A stretch of 64,000 bases of DNA. It comes from Callorhinchus milii (lineage: Eukaryota). The stretch's first letter is position 1, and the number at the start of each line of letters is the position of its first letter. Position numbers and translations under genes: made by a program. The stretch is taken from NCBI RefSeq assembly GCF_018977255.1, contig NW_024704743.1, positions 66,156,001 through 66,220,000 on the forward strand, in the 5' to 3' direction. A model generated the notes under the pieces. That model ran no database searches and was not told the DNA's origin. It saw only the letters and a list, made by a program, of their open reading frames with translations. Shown piece by piece: positions 1 through 11,514 of the stretch.

Positions 1-1119
1 GCAACAACCTCCATGGCTACACACTCAACCTCACTAAGCCAGTCAAGAGCATGGGTAACTTGTTTGACCCTGAACTGTTCTTTCTCCCCCACATCCGCGC
101 AATGACTGGCACTGCCTACCACCACCTCCGCAATATTGTCAAGACTCCGCCACTGCCTCACCCCTCAGGTTGCCGAGACCCTCACCCATGCATTCGTCAC
201 CTCAAGGTTTGATTATGGGAACTCCCTCCTCATTGGCCTTCTCAACTCTTCCCTTCACAAGCTGCAGATCATCCAGAACTCTGTAGCTCGTGTACTCTCA
301 TGCACCAGGCTCTGTGACCCCATCATTCCCACCCTCGCCCAACTCCACTGGTTCCCCATCCCCCAGATGATCAGGATCCTCGTCCTCACCTTTAAGGCCA
401 TCCATGGCCTTGCCCCCTCCTATCTCTCTGACCTGCTGACACCCTATGAGCCTGCCCACTCCCTCCGTTCTTCGGGCTCCGGCCTACTCCATGTCTCCCA
501 CCTAAACCCGCTCTACCATCGGTGGCCAAACTTTCAGCCTCTTTGTCCCTACACAGGGTGGAGTCCTGTAGCTCAGTGGTTAGAGCACTCGCTTTGCAAG
601 TGAGAGACCTGGGTTCAATTCCAGGCAGGGCGAAACCTTGGGCAAGTTTCCTTACTCCACACGCCTAATAATAATCCCTCCAAAACAAAAAACAATAATA
701 AATTGGTCATTTTCAATCTACGACTGTTTGTGGGACACTGCTGTGCGCAATTGGCTGCCGCGTTCGCCCACAAATATACAGTCAATTCACTTTATAGTAT
801 ATTCTGTGAAGCACTTTGGGACGTCCTCCCGACGTGAAAAGCGCTATATCAAATGCAAGGATTATTATTATTATTATTATTACACTCTGGAACTCCATGC
901 CATGGTCCCTTCGCCTTGCTTCCTCCCTTGCCTCCTTCAAGGTCGGTCTCAAGACCCTTCTCTTCGACCTTGCCTTTGGTCTGCCTTCCACCTCCCTGTC
1001 TTCCGTCACCCCTACACCACCCCTCCCCCATGCTCGGGCTCCAACACCTGACGGTTCAGCGTTTTGGGATGTCCTCCTGACGTGAAAAGCTCTCTATAAA
1101 TGTAATTTTGTTGTTGTTG
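1..1119 (+). mobile_element. L2-clade LINE, 3' portion (ORF2 C-terminus plus 3' UTR), interrupted by a SINE at 560-880
   Basis: ORF 136..603 reads AETLTHAFVTSRFDYGNSLLIGL...LQIIQNSVARVL...LAQLHWFPI, typical of the L2 ORF2 C-terminus. Ends in ...gggatgtcctcctgacgtgaaaagctctctataaatgtaattt(tgt)n. Confidence 0.92.
560..880 (+). mobile_element. Full-length young tRNA-derived Deu-domain SINE (short subfamily)
   Basis: tRNA-Ala(TGC)-like head with A box TAGCTCAGTGG (569-579) and B box GGTTCAATTCC (612-622). Deu core ctgtttgtgggacactgctgtgcgcaattggctgccgcgtt, L2-like tail, (ATT)n end. TSD tacac at 550-554 and 881-885. Confidence 0.93.
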
Positions 1120-1189
1120 TAAATGTAGATTCAAACTTCCAGATTCCAAATGATTGGTGACTTGAGTGAGACACAAACAACAGAATAAC

Positions 1190-1520
1190 TTGAATTTTTT
1201 AGTGCCCTTCATGCAGGGTAGTGTCTCGGAGTCCTGAATAATGGCAAATTTTGATGTTGATCTGGAGTGAAAGAGGAGGTCATAGTTGAAGAAGCAAGTC
1301 TTTGAAGACGAAGAATTGAGGCAGGGAGTTCCAGAAGTTTGGAGCATGGTGACTGAAGACATGGCTGCTTTATGGTGGAGCAGAGGAGTCGAGGGACATA
1401 CAGAAGGCCCGAGCAAGCAGAGCAAAGCTGTGGGTAGAGGAGTAGGGTGTACAACAACTTGCATTTCTATAGTGCCCTTCATGTAGAGTAATGTTTCAGA
1501 GCATTGTAACAGCTGGGATA
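1190..1520 (-). mobile_element. Old L2 3' fragments (two tails)
   Basis: Reverse-strand L2 tail motifs (acaacaacttgcatttctatagtgccct) and 3' UTR-like agggagttccagaag. Confidence 0.6.
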
Positions 1521-1819
1521 GCAGTGTTTTGGAAAACAAAATCCTAAGGGATACCAGGTTTTGAAATTGAACTTCACTATCGACCTTCAGAAGAGGGAAT
1601 CTAAGGGAACATTTAAGGAGAGAAAACTCCTCTGAAGTTGTTGCTTATCCTCCAGGAGTAATTCAGACCATTGATAACCATCAGCCTCCTTTATTATTTA
1701 GAGATGTAATCTACATGCATGCCTTACCTGGTGCTTTCTCACATACCAATGAAGTCTATCAGTTTTGTGAATTGCAGGTTTCTCATGGTTTAGTGCTTAG
1801 ATTTAAGTCTTCTTCACTG

Positions 1820-2076
1820 GGGGTGAAACTTGCGACGTGCAATGTGATGATAGAAAATACCACCCTGGCTGCTGGTATCAGATTTCCCATCCCCCACCTC
1901 CAGTCTTTGTTGGGTCATCTGGCTGCAGGTATGAAGTTCCCCCCCTCCCCTCCTGTCTTTGTTGGGTCCGACACTGCCTGCGACTACCAATGAATTACTA
2001 GCCTGGATTTGAATGCTGATTCCCGAGATTTAGGTTGAATTCATCGAAAATCAGAGGTATTTGCAATTTTCATCCC
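1820..2076. mobile_element. Putative decayed MITE / non-autonomous DNA transposon
   Basis: Imperfect terminal inverted repeats ggggtgaaacttgcga (1820-1835) and ttgcaattttcatccc (2061-2076), 13/16 match. Non-coding interior. Confidence 0.35.
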
Positions 2077-2094
2077 TGTATATTTTCATTTAGA

Positions 2095-2434
2095 ATGATA
2101 ATCCTTACATTTGATATAGCGCCTCATCAAGTCTCAAAGTGCTTCACAGAATATACTGTAAAATGAATTGACTATACTTTGTGGCCAAAACACAGCAGCC
2201 AATTGCGCACAGCAGTGTTCCACAAACAGTCGTGGATTGAAGTGACCAATTTATTATTTTTTNATTTTCCGAAAAAGGGATCCGCCAATCGACTAACAGC
2301 CAGGTTCCTACTTACTGTTAGGTAAACAGAGGCGTTTGGAGTAAGGAAACTTGCCCAACATTTCACCCTGCCTTGGAATCAAACCAAGATCTCTCGCTAG
2401 TGAGGCGAATGCTCTAATCACTGAGCTACAGGAC
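2095..2434 (-). mobile_element. tRNA-derived Deu SINE, long subfamily
   Basis: Reverse complement of the SINE head (ctgagctacaggac), internal segment gtaaggaacctggctgttagtcgattgg, Deu core and tail. Contains an ambiguous N at 2263. Confidence 0.88.
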
Positions 2435-3406
2435 ATTCAGGAGTGTAAGGCTTTATTTTCACAGTGAATTCTGAGAATCAAGAGCCTAGCACTGTCATTT
2501 TGATTGATGCTGAGGGGAGGAGGGCATTTTATTTATAAATGTTCCTTCCTAGGTTCAACTCTTTGGGCTATGCCAGCATTTTGTGGATATTCGGGCACAA
2601 AAACACACAGTCACACCATTTTGAAATAAATCTTCTAAAGCACTTTGAGATGTCTTGACAACATGATAAGGCGTTATATCAAATACAAGGATTATTATTA
2701 TTATTGCTATTATTGATCTGCCAATGTGGGCAGAAATTCACTCTTGGACAATTGGTTAACGTTTAGAGACTGGACAATATAAATTAACTTTTTGGCCTTT
2801 GACAGTCCAGGTACACTTTTACTGACTTTTCAACTGTTTTGATTCATTTATTCTCTCAAGGAACATAAGCAATTACAGGTAAGTCAGAACAGAAAAAAAA
2901 GTTGTGAAATTTCACTATGAATAATAAATAGAATGACTAAGCATCCTGGATTTTGTCAAAAACAAGGAAACCTTTGTCCTTGGGGTAAAAGGAACACTTG
3001 TGTTACCCAAGCTGTACAAAGCAGCAAGGTGTGACTTGATAATCCAGGTACCTTGTCTTTGGTACAATTAAAGGCAGCTGTATAAACAGGAGTAGAAATG
3101 TAGATTTGATTTATACTGATGTTGATGCAAGTCAGCAAGAATCTCATGACCTTCACAAAGGTTCTTGTTAAAGGGGAACTTTACCTTGTTTCTTTCACTT
3201 AAATGGTATTTATTTTTGCTTACAAATACAGTCACTTCACTTTACAATCTTTCCGCTGAAGAGATATTTAAATTACCTGATAAGGTGTTATATCAAATGC
3301 AAGGATCCTTTATATTGGAAATGCCAATAGCTATCTGAGAAGCAAAATACAATATGGAGCAGGATGTTTAAGCCAGCTCTTCCAAACACAAAATGAAGTA
3401 GAAAAA

Positions 3407-3722
3407 TAATTATAATAATACTTGCATTTGTTATAGCACTTTTCATGTCGGGAGGACGTCCCAAAGCGCTTCACAGAACACACTGTAAAGTGAATTGACT
3501 ATATTTGTGGGTGAACGCGGCAGCCAATTGCGCACAGCAATATCCCACAAACAGTCGTAGATTGAAAATGACCAATTTATTATTGTTTTTGGTTTTTTGG
3601 AGGGATTATTATTAGGCGTGTGGACTAAGGAAACTTGCCCAAGGTTTCACCCTCTGCCTGGAATTGAACTCAGGTCTCTCACTTGCAAAGCGAGTGCTCT
3701 AACCACTGAGCTACAGGACTCC
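3407..3722 (-). mobile_element. Full-length young Deu SINE (short subfamily)
   Basis: Near-identical reverse complement of 560-880. Confidence 0.92.
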
Positions 3723-3946
3723 ATGGAAAGATAGGTTCATATTTTGGTTGCAAACCTACAATAATGGATGTATTATTGAGAGAGAAGAATTAAAATGTAA
3801 TGGAGCATTCATATGATTTTAAGATAACCCTGCAATAGACTTTAAGGAAGAGCAAAATCTATGCTGATTCAGACTTTGAATGCAGTAAGTAACAAATGTT
3901 CCTTATCTAATTCAAGTTTATGCCAACTTACCTCAGTTCATATTCG

Positions 3947-4320
3947 AGTTGTGTAGTTTATTAGTTAGCACTTGCCTTGCAAACGAGAGGACCTGGGTTC
4001 GATTCTAGCAGTAAGTAGGAACCCAGTTGTTAGTCGACTGCTGGATCGCTTTTCCGGGGGTAATAATCCATCCACAAAAGAATAATAATAATTTGGTCAC
4101 TCAATCCACGACTGTTTGTGGAACACTGCTGTGCGCAATTGGCTTCTGCGAATCGCCCACAAAATATAATCAATTCACTTTACAGCTTTTTCTGAGATGT
4201 TTCAGCACCCTGAGATGTCCTCCCGACGTGAAAGGCGCTCCAGAAATGTAATTTTTTGTGGTTGTTGTCTCCAAAACATGATAAGGCATTAAATCAAATG
4301 CAAGGATTAATTATTATTGT
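3947..4320 (+). mobile_element. Deu SINE (long-type, partly deleted) with an L2 tail inserted in its own tail
   Basis: Degenerate head, gttagtcgactgctggatcgc segment, Deu core. L2 tail at about 4203-4268, after which the SINE tail resumes. Confidence 0.8.
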
Positions 4321-4589
4321 TCCTGGTCTATGATCTATGCAGGATGAGAGAATCCCATATAAAAAACCGGGTATAAAACCGGTTTCCTGACATAAGTCAT
4401 GCAAATGCTAGTCTATCATAAAGATAAAGATTGGGTTGGGAAATCTCGACTTATGCTTCTTATATTGAATTGGACAAATTCCTAATACCCACATCTATAC
4501 TGTAGTCAGTTTCCAGTTTATTTTTTTAAGCGGGTGCAAAGATGCAAACAGGTGACATATAGGACCACCGCTGAGTGAATCAGAGAGCC

Positions 4590-4995
4590 AGACTTTATGC
4601 TCTCATCCATGCCTTCGTTGTTTTCTGGCTGGACTATTCCAATGTCCTCCTCGCTGGTCTCCCCAGCTCCACAATACACAAAATCCAATTAATTCAAAAT
4701 TCTGCTACTCGGACACTCACTTGTGCAAAACTCCGAACCCCAATCACAAGAGACCTTGTCAGGCTCTACTGGCACCCAATTACCGAACAAATCGATTTCA
4801 AGAACCTCTCACTCATTTTCAAATTCCTTTATGCCCTCGCATCTGCTTACCTCCCACTCCACTACCCACTGCCTCCGCTCGGCAGGCTCCGGCCCCCTGT
4901 TTGTCCCTCATCTCCTTCACTCCACCATCGGTGGTTGTGCCTTCAGCCACTATCCCGTGTAAAGGGCACCATATAAATGTGAGTTGTTATTGTAT
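4590..4995 (+). mobile_element. Old L2 3' fragment
   Basis: ORF 4575..4976: ALIHAFVVFWLDYSNVLLAGLP...IQLIQNSATR...LYWHPI. Confidence 0.85.
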
Positions 4996-6023
4996 GCAGA
5001 AATGAATTAGAAAACATTTTAGTTGTTCCTTAGAGCGTAAAAAAATACGGCAAAGTTTGCCCCCATAGAATTATTTTACAATTCTCTAGCAGTTATCATG
5101 TGTGCCATAGTAGTCTAAAGCACAACAATAAGTTACATAAATTCTAAAGAGATTATTTCTCAAATTAAAGTCAATTTTATAGAAAACTTCCTCAGATCAA
5201 GAACAGAAGCCACGGCTTTTGAAGTGAAACAATAATAACCTTTCAAATCTCCCTGGTTAATTTTGCTCTGTGCACTTTAATGATATGACTGATTCATTTC
5301 AAATGATTTTGGGTACTTGGTCAGATAAACCAAAAGGTTTTTTATGACTTCTATGCTTAAGAATCTGAGTTGAAGATCTTCCCATCACAAAGTTATGGCA
5401 GTGTCAGCAACTTTGGTGCACAATACAGGCTCTTTTGTAGAAGGCACTTAATCCTGAACATATTCCTAGATCACATTCCAATATTGTCAGCTCTTGAATT
5501 TTCTCCTTTCTTTTTGCTGCTGAATGAAACATAACTCCGCTCTAGGCTCAGCTTTGTATTTCACTTTTGTAAATCTTCTTTAACTTGACATTTCATACAA
5601 CTAATGATAAGAGACACTAATAATAAAAGGAAAGCATTTTGGGGGTCAATTCTTATGTTTTCCATTGCCCATTAACAATTTGCTCTACGGCTTTTTTCAC
5701 ACTTCAGAAGCTTTCAGAGTTCACAATAGTACACTCTGCAATGCCGTAGCCTCAAAGTTAGACATTTTTTAAGGTTCAACCCATGAGGCGCAGATTATAT
5801 TGGAGGTAGAAGCCTGCATCAAATGGATCCATTACGTGTCAATCTCTTTTGCTTTGGGCATTGGTTTACGAGGTTAATGGGATCAGCGTCACAACATCCA
5901 TCCATTTACATCGTGTTGTTATGGTATTTGTCATAATGTTGTGAAAATATTGTCCCAAATGTCCCGAGTGCGTGCAAGGTATATGAAGTCACTCCACCAC
6001 TTAAATATGCCCTAGATTCTGAG

Positions 6024-6430
6024 GTGTCAGCCTCGCTCAATTGATGGCACTCTTGCATCTGAATCAGAAAGTTGTAGGTTGAAGTCAGAATTTTTAATTC
6101 ACATAGTCTAGGCTGACACTTCAATGCATAGCACTGCATTATCGGAGGTGCCGTCTTTCGGATAAGACGCTAAACAAAGGTTAAAGCAGATGTTAAAGAT
6201 TTCACTATTTGAAAAGAGAATGGAGTTTTTCCCCGTGTCTTTGTCAATAATCCCCCAAATGAAATATGTAATTCACTTCATGACATTATGGGATGCTGCT
6301 GTGTGCAAAATGGCCAGCAGTTTACCTACAAATACACAGTCAATTCAGTTTGCTGTAAAATCCTTTGAAGTGCTTTGAGGCATCCTTCTGATATGAAAGG
6401 GGCTATACAAAATGCAAGGATTTTGTTTAC
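6024..6430 (+). mobile_element. Older Deu-domain SINE (SacSINE1/AmnSINE-like architecture)
   Basis: Head gtgtcagcctcgctcaattg...aggctgacac, body ggaggtgccgtctttcggataagacg, Deu core gggatgctgctgtgtgcaaaatggc, L2-like tail. Confidence 0.8.
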
Positions 6431-8489
6431 TTGCGGAATAAAAGTGGGATACTGGGATTTTTAAATGTAAACTCTACAACAGGATTACAAGCGACACACA
6501 AGTGACAGCTCCTCTACGTGAGCATTGCTCACATTGACACTGGTACTGTAATATAAAACTATTATAACGTGGATGGTGAACTAACCAAGTAACTTTGAAG
6601 GCTGATCATATAGATTTTAATGAGAAATTGTAGTAATTTATTAGGGAAAGTTCTAGACGTGAGGGTAATCACTCAATCTGGTAACCACTAAATTCATGAT
6701 GACATTCACTTTTAATTGAACCAAATTACATAGATTCAGCAGTGCAACCATGCTGCTTTCTAACCAGTAGGTTTAAATCATGGCAGCAAGTACAATAACA
6801 ACTTGCATTTATTTCATGTCCTTATTCTTGGGATGAGAAAAACATGTTAGACTCTACTGTCCTCTCCTGCACCAGGTTCTGACAGCTTATCATCCTCAGA
6901 GAAACTGCCATCTTCGCTTGACTCCAACTCCCAGTGGATCAAATTCAAGATCTTCATCCTTGCATTCTAATTGTTCAATGGCCTCACTCTGCCTGACCTC
7001 CTCCAACCCCTAACAACCAGCTGCTACATTGGTCTGCTTCATATCCCCATTCCAATCTTTCGCACCATCAGTTAGTGAACTTTCAGCCATTCTGTCCCTG
7101 CTCTTTAAAGACCGTACTAAGAAACCATTTAACAAAAAGAGGGGAGGTTTAATTTTTGGTGTTTCTTGATTAGAAATATGAGTTGTGTAAATGGGGACTT
7201 CTTGTAATCAGAACTATGTAATGTAGAGCTGCAGGAACTCTACCTCCAGGTCATACTTCCTGTGAGAATTTTACCAATTCTAACAGGATTCCTTGTTGAG
7301 GAATCTAGCCTTATTTATTGTTGTATTTCCATTGTATCATAAATATTGAAGACATTCCCTCCAGCAATCAAGAGGATTCACTGTCTAGACCGCAAACTCT
7401 AGAGATTAATTGAGTGTATAATAGCAAGCAGAGCTTCTCTGAGGCATGCTCATTCAGATCAAGGTTGTGGTAGTTAGTACTATTAATGTGAAGTGCGTCA
7501 GCTTTCTCTTGAAATTCCATTTATTACCATCATGTATTGGTTTAAGATGACCTTTTAATGAAGGAAACATCATTGAATTTGACGGGGAGGTCTGTCCAAA
7601 TCTGGTTGTGAGCTATCCTGACACAATCTTGTAGCCGAGCCAGGCCTTGTGGCTAACAACCCACTTCAGGAAGATATCCAACTCCTTGTTGCTAAGTTGA
7701 CAAACTATCTTCAGCAGTCGCACTGCTGATTACAAAAAAGAAAATGCACAATGCACTTGAAAAACAGAACAATTGGGATTTATGTGTTGTTAGGGCTTTT
7801 ACTGTGTCATTGATGTTCAACAACAGATCCAGAAAAATGTTCCACAAACACTTTGGCAGAAAATGTATCTTATCCACACATAACCTTTGACCTTTTTTGA
7901 ATGGCGCTGACCTTGCCAGCTGAATTCTGACTTGATTCCCAGTGCAGATACTGGCAGATGTAACTAAAGCAAAAATACACCTCACTGTTCTTAATGACCT
8001 TGCCCTTTTCAAAAAATGAAATGAGCCTGAACATACCTTGGAATTGCAATCGGGAAAAGTGCAATACATTTAGTTGAAAATCACTTCCACATTAAAATGT
8101 TCAAGTAAAGGTCCATGCTGAGTTCCACACAGAGGGAAACAATAGTGTTGCTCCATCTAAGTAATTGAATGATAATCTTTACTCAGTTTTGAATGTGGAG
8201 CATGTTCAACATGAATGATTTTGACATGAGATCATCCAGTTTAAATATTAAAAATCTTCCTACATTCAAGTATTTCTCTGTGGAGTAGATTGTTTTCATC
8301 TTATTACTAAATTCTTGGATTGTATGAACCTGACTGTCTTGAAACAGGTAGCAATCAAATTATCTTTCAAATGTACAGAAACTAATTAATTCAGTTAACT
8401 TAAAAAAACTTTGAGAATGTGGATATTAATCATGGTATGAAACAGCTCTTCAATAATTTTCTTCCTTTCTTTATTTAACCTTCTAAACA

Positions 8490-8800
8490 GTAACGTCCCC
8501 CACCTCACTCGCCCCACCATTGGCGGGTGGGCCTTGTGCCACACCCCACCGTCTGGTGCCTCCACCTACTGGAACTCCATCACGCAGGCCCTCCGCCTCA
8601 CCCCCTCCCTTGCCTCCTTCAAGACCATCTCAAGACCCTCCTCTTCAACTGTGCCTTCGGTCACCCTCCTTTCCCCGCTGCTCTCCACCCTCTCCGATCC
8701 TGACACCCAGCTCGAGTCCGAAACACTGGTTGTCCAGTACCTTGGGGCGTCCTCCTGATGTGAAAGGCGCGATACAAAGTTAATTTTGTGGTTGTTGTTC
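8490..8800 (+). mobile_element. L2 3' end, 5'-truncated
   Basis: cccaccattggcgggtgggcc...ctggaactccatc...ttcaagacc and tail cttggggcgtcctcctgatgtgaaaggcgc...gttgttg. Confidence 0.88.
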
Positions 8801-8924
8801 TTATACATTACTGAAAATAGAATGCCATTATTAGAATACACTGACTCTAGCCTTACTCTCTGCATCCACCAGTATGTATTTATACATCAGTTTTTTTTTC
8901 CCCTGGTTTCTCTGCCCTTTTCCC

Positions 8925-9700
8925 TACTGGTGGAACCATCACTCAATGCGAAGGGACGTGTGCCTGAGCTGTGGACAGGAAGATGGTGGCAATACCCTCA
9001 TGGATTTCATGCTCAGCTATGTTGCCCACTAGGAAGCGAGCAGGGAGTTCCAGGTATCTGCCATCTACCTAGTGAGGGATCAAAACACACACTTGTCAGA
9101 TGTCAAACAACAAACTAGTGACTATTCCCCTTGGGGGAAAGTTAAGCGGTATCTCCTTGGAGCTGAACTGGCTCCAAGGTGACATGTTTGGCAATGGAAT
9201 ATCGGGTTCAATCCAGCCATCTGTGGGGGTCTCAGATATGTCTGCAGTATTCCAGGCCACTGCTGATTACAACTCAGCCAGTCTGGCACATTAGCAGGAT
9301 TTGTAGGGTCAGACCAATTACTGGGGCAAGGAGTCATCCCAGAGAACTCCTGTTAACCCTGCAAGCCAAAACGGTGGTACTAGCTGGACAACCAACAGGA
9401 AAACGTGCCAGACAGCAATATCAATGGTTAGCTATTCAGTTCTAGCTGGTTAGACTCCAGCAAAACCACAACCCACACTCTGGGGTCCCCAAGCCTTGGC
9501 TCCTGACAACCTCAGGCTGATGCTTTCTGGAATTGGGTAAACAGGATGCATCTCTTCAGGGAGAGAGTGCACATTCCAGACCAACAGTCTATCTCTGGGA
9601 TTTCCATGAGTAGGTGGAATGCATGGTATTCTCAGTTTGTTTCAGATACTCTTAAGCGTGGTTATGGGTTTCCACAGATACCTATCTGACCAAAAAAATG
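8925..9700 (+). mobile_element. Ancient non-LTR retrotransposon 3' part (zinc-knuckle remnant plus long 3' region); family distinct from L2/CR1
   Basis: 8961 onward encodes CLSCGQEDGGNTLMDFMLSY. Homologous segments at 27550-27995, 36000-36225 (-), 43710-43795 and 46760-47270. Ends ctgaccaaaaaaa. Confidence 0.65.
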
Positions 9701-9949
9701 TTTTATTTGGAGAAAGACAGTTATTAACATCCACTGTAATTCCAACTACTGCATTTGATGCAGTGAATTCTCAAGGTGTGAGTGGGGATAGATAGTCTCT
9801 CAGCGCTTCTTGTAGATGAAGATCAGACAAGGAGCTGCACCTCACTGAATCCAGAACTAACTCTTTTCTCAGTAAAAAATAATTATGGCTGAAGGCGGCA
9901 ATAACTGAAAATAATGTTACACTTAAAAAAAGGGACCATAGTTATGATA

Positions 9950-10218
9950 GCCAGATGAAGAGGGACAGGAGAGCTTCAGCAAAATGTTTTCACTCAAAGA
10001 GCTGTTGGGATTTGGAATGCCTTGTCAAGTAAGGTGGTTGAGGTAAAGTCCATTGTTGATTCAAGAGGAAAGTAGATAAGTATATAAAGGATAGAGACTT
10101 AAAGGGGTATGGGGATAGGCAGGGCAGTGGGATTGAATGAACACCTTGCTCTGAAAGTCGGTGCAGACTCAATGGGCTGAATGGCTTGCTTCTGTGCTGT
10201 AAATTTCTATGATTCTAT
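9950..10218 (+). mobile_element. CR1 LINE 3' end
   Basis: ttttcactcaaagagctgttgggatttggaatgccttg (FTQRAVGIWNAL), followed by the CR1 3' UTR atgggctgaatggc...ttctatgattctat. Confidence 0.85.
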
Positions 10219-11514
10219 CCTACCTGATGTCCAATTCTCTTCCTTAAAAAGTATCTTGTTTCCATCAACCTGTATCAATGGTAAATCAGTCTTGCAAAGA
10301 AGTTTAAACCAACAGAAATTACATATCAAACTAATGATTGTATGAACCTTAACCTGTTCCCCTCCCCTTCCTTCTCCCCCCCCCCCCCCCCAATCGCAGC
10401 TCGGGCTATACAAATGCAATCTTGTTGTTGTTGTTAATGAGGGTCGAAGTGTACACATTGATAACGTCAACTTCTTCACACCACAAATAAAAGACTACAG
10501 TATTCACTAAGACTTTAAAACTGTTGCATTGTTTGACTCCAAATTCCGCGAAATATTTTTATGTAGGAGTTGTGGGCCTTTAATCATCAAATCAAATTAA
10601 TGAAGTGAAACGTTTATTCCTGCGGCTAGCTTCAACCAGTTCTCAGAATGTGAAAGTTTTTTTGGGTTTGTTTCCTTGTCTGAAAGAACAATTAAATGGG
10701 GTAAAAGAACAGCTGAGATATTTATAATCTCCCCCATGCTAACCCTGTGCTAGGTCCATAACCACAAAGTTTAATGTTCAGCTAAATAAATGCAGTCATG
10801 AGCTACCCGCACAACATTTCAGAAGGTCTTATTAGGACACACATTCTATGGTTGTCAGAAGCAGTTGTAATAACCAATTGAATCTTTGAAAGTTATTTAA
10901 CATTTTTAGAAGAGTTCCTCATTTTAAATTGTAGTATTAACAACACACCTTTATGTAATTCAGCTACAAGAAAAATATAATTTATTGGTATCCGTTGGGT
11001 CGTTTAATCTTTTGGTCAGTCCTTTCATTCACCAGTTAATACCTGAGAATGCATCACATCTATTCGAGAGCAGGGGGTAATGTTAATATTTATTTTAACA
11101 TTGGAAGAAAGCCACAAAGTTAATCAAATGCTGCTTTCAGAATCACACTGTTTTGGTAGGAGCAAAGAGACAATCAATGCCCTCTATTTATTTTTAAATT
11201 TACCGATTTTATCTGTGCTTCATTTATGAATAATACTGAATGTATGATTTTACACATCATGGGTGCAATAAACAACAGTGCACAAAGGACAACAGAAAAT
11301 AAGAAAAGTTTAAAAGTTATGTTGAAGGGAAAGATGACAAAGATTTGAGATTTAGGTATAATTTGTGCCCCTTCACTGATTGGCAAAAAGTCCAATGTCC
11401 ACACATTAAAATGGAGAAAACTCAAATGACTTTATTACGAATGGTTACCTCTATGTGATAAACAATCACTCCAGGAGACTAACTGAAATGGGAAATTCTA
11501 CTGTTATTTAGTAT

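Noticed and set aside
560..635. tRNA-Ala(TGC)-like sequence (also at 17369, 33996 and the minus-strand copies)
   Set aside because: It continues into a Deu domain and L2-like tail, lacks a proper acceptor stem and terminator, and has TSDs. It is a SINE head, not a tRNA gene.
638..1051. Recurrent [18 protein letters not shown]...KDYYYY (also 17449, 34074, 55259)
   Set aside because: Chance reading frame through the SINE body; the poly-Tyr is the (ATT)n tail.
7640..7680. ggctaacaaccc motif reminiscent of RTE 5' UTR ribozyme regions
   Set aside because: Too short; no nested pseudoknot or downstream RTE ORF could be traced.
7692..8069. 125-aa minus-strand ORF in unique DNA
   Set aside because: No recognisable domain, non-coding-like composition and no convincing splice signals.
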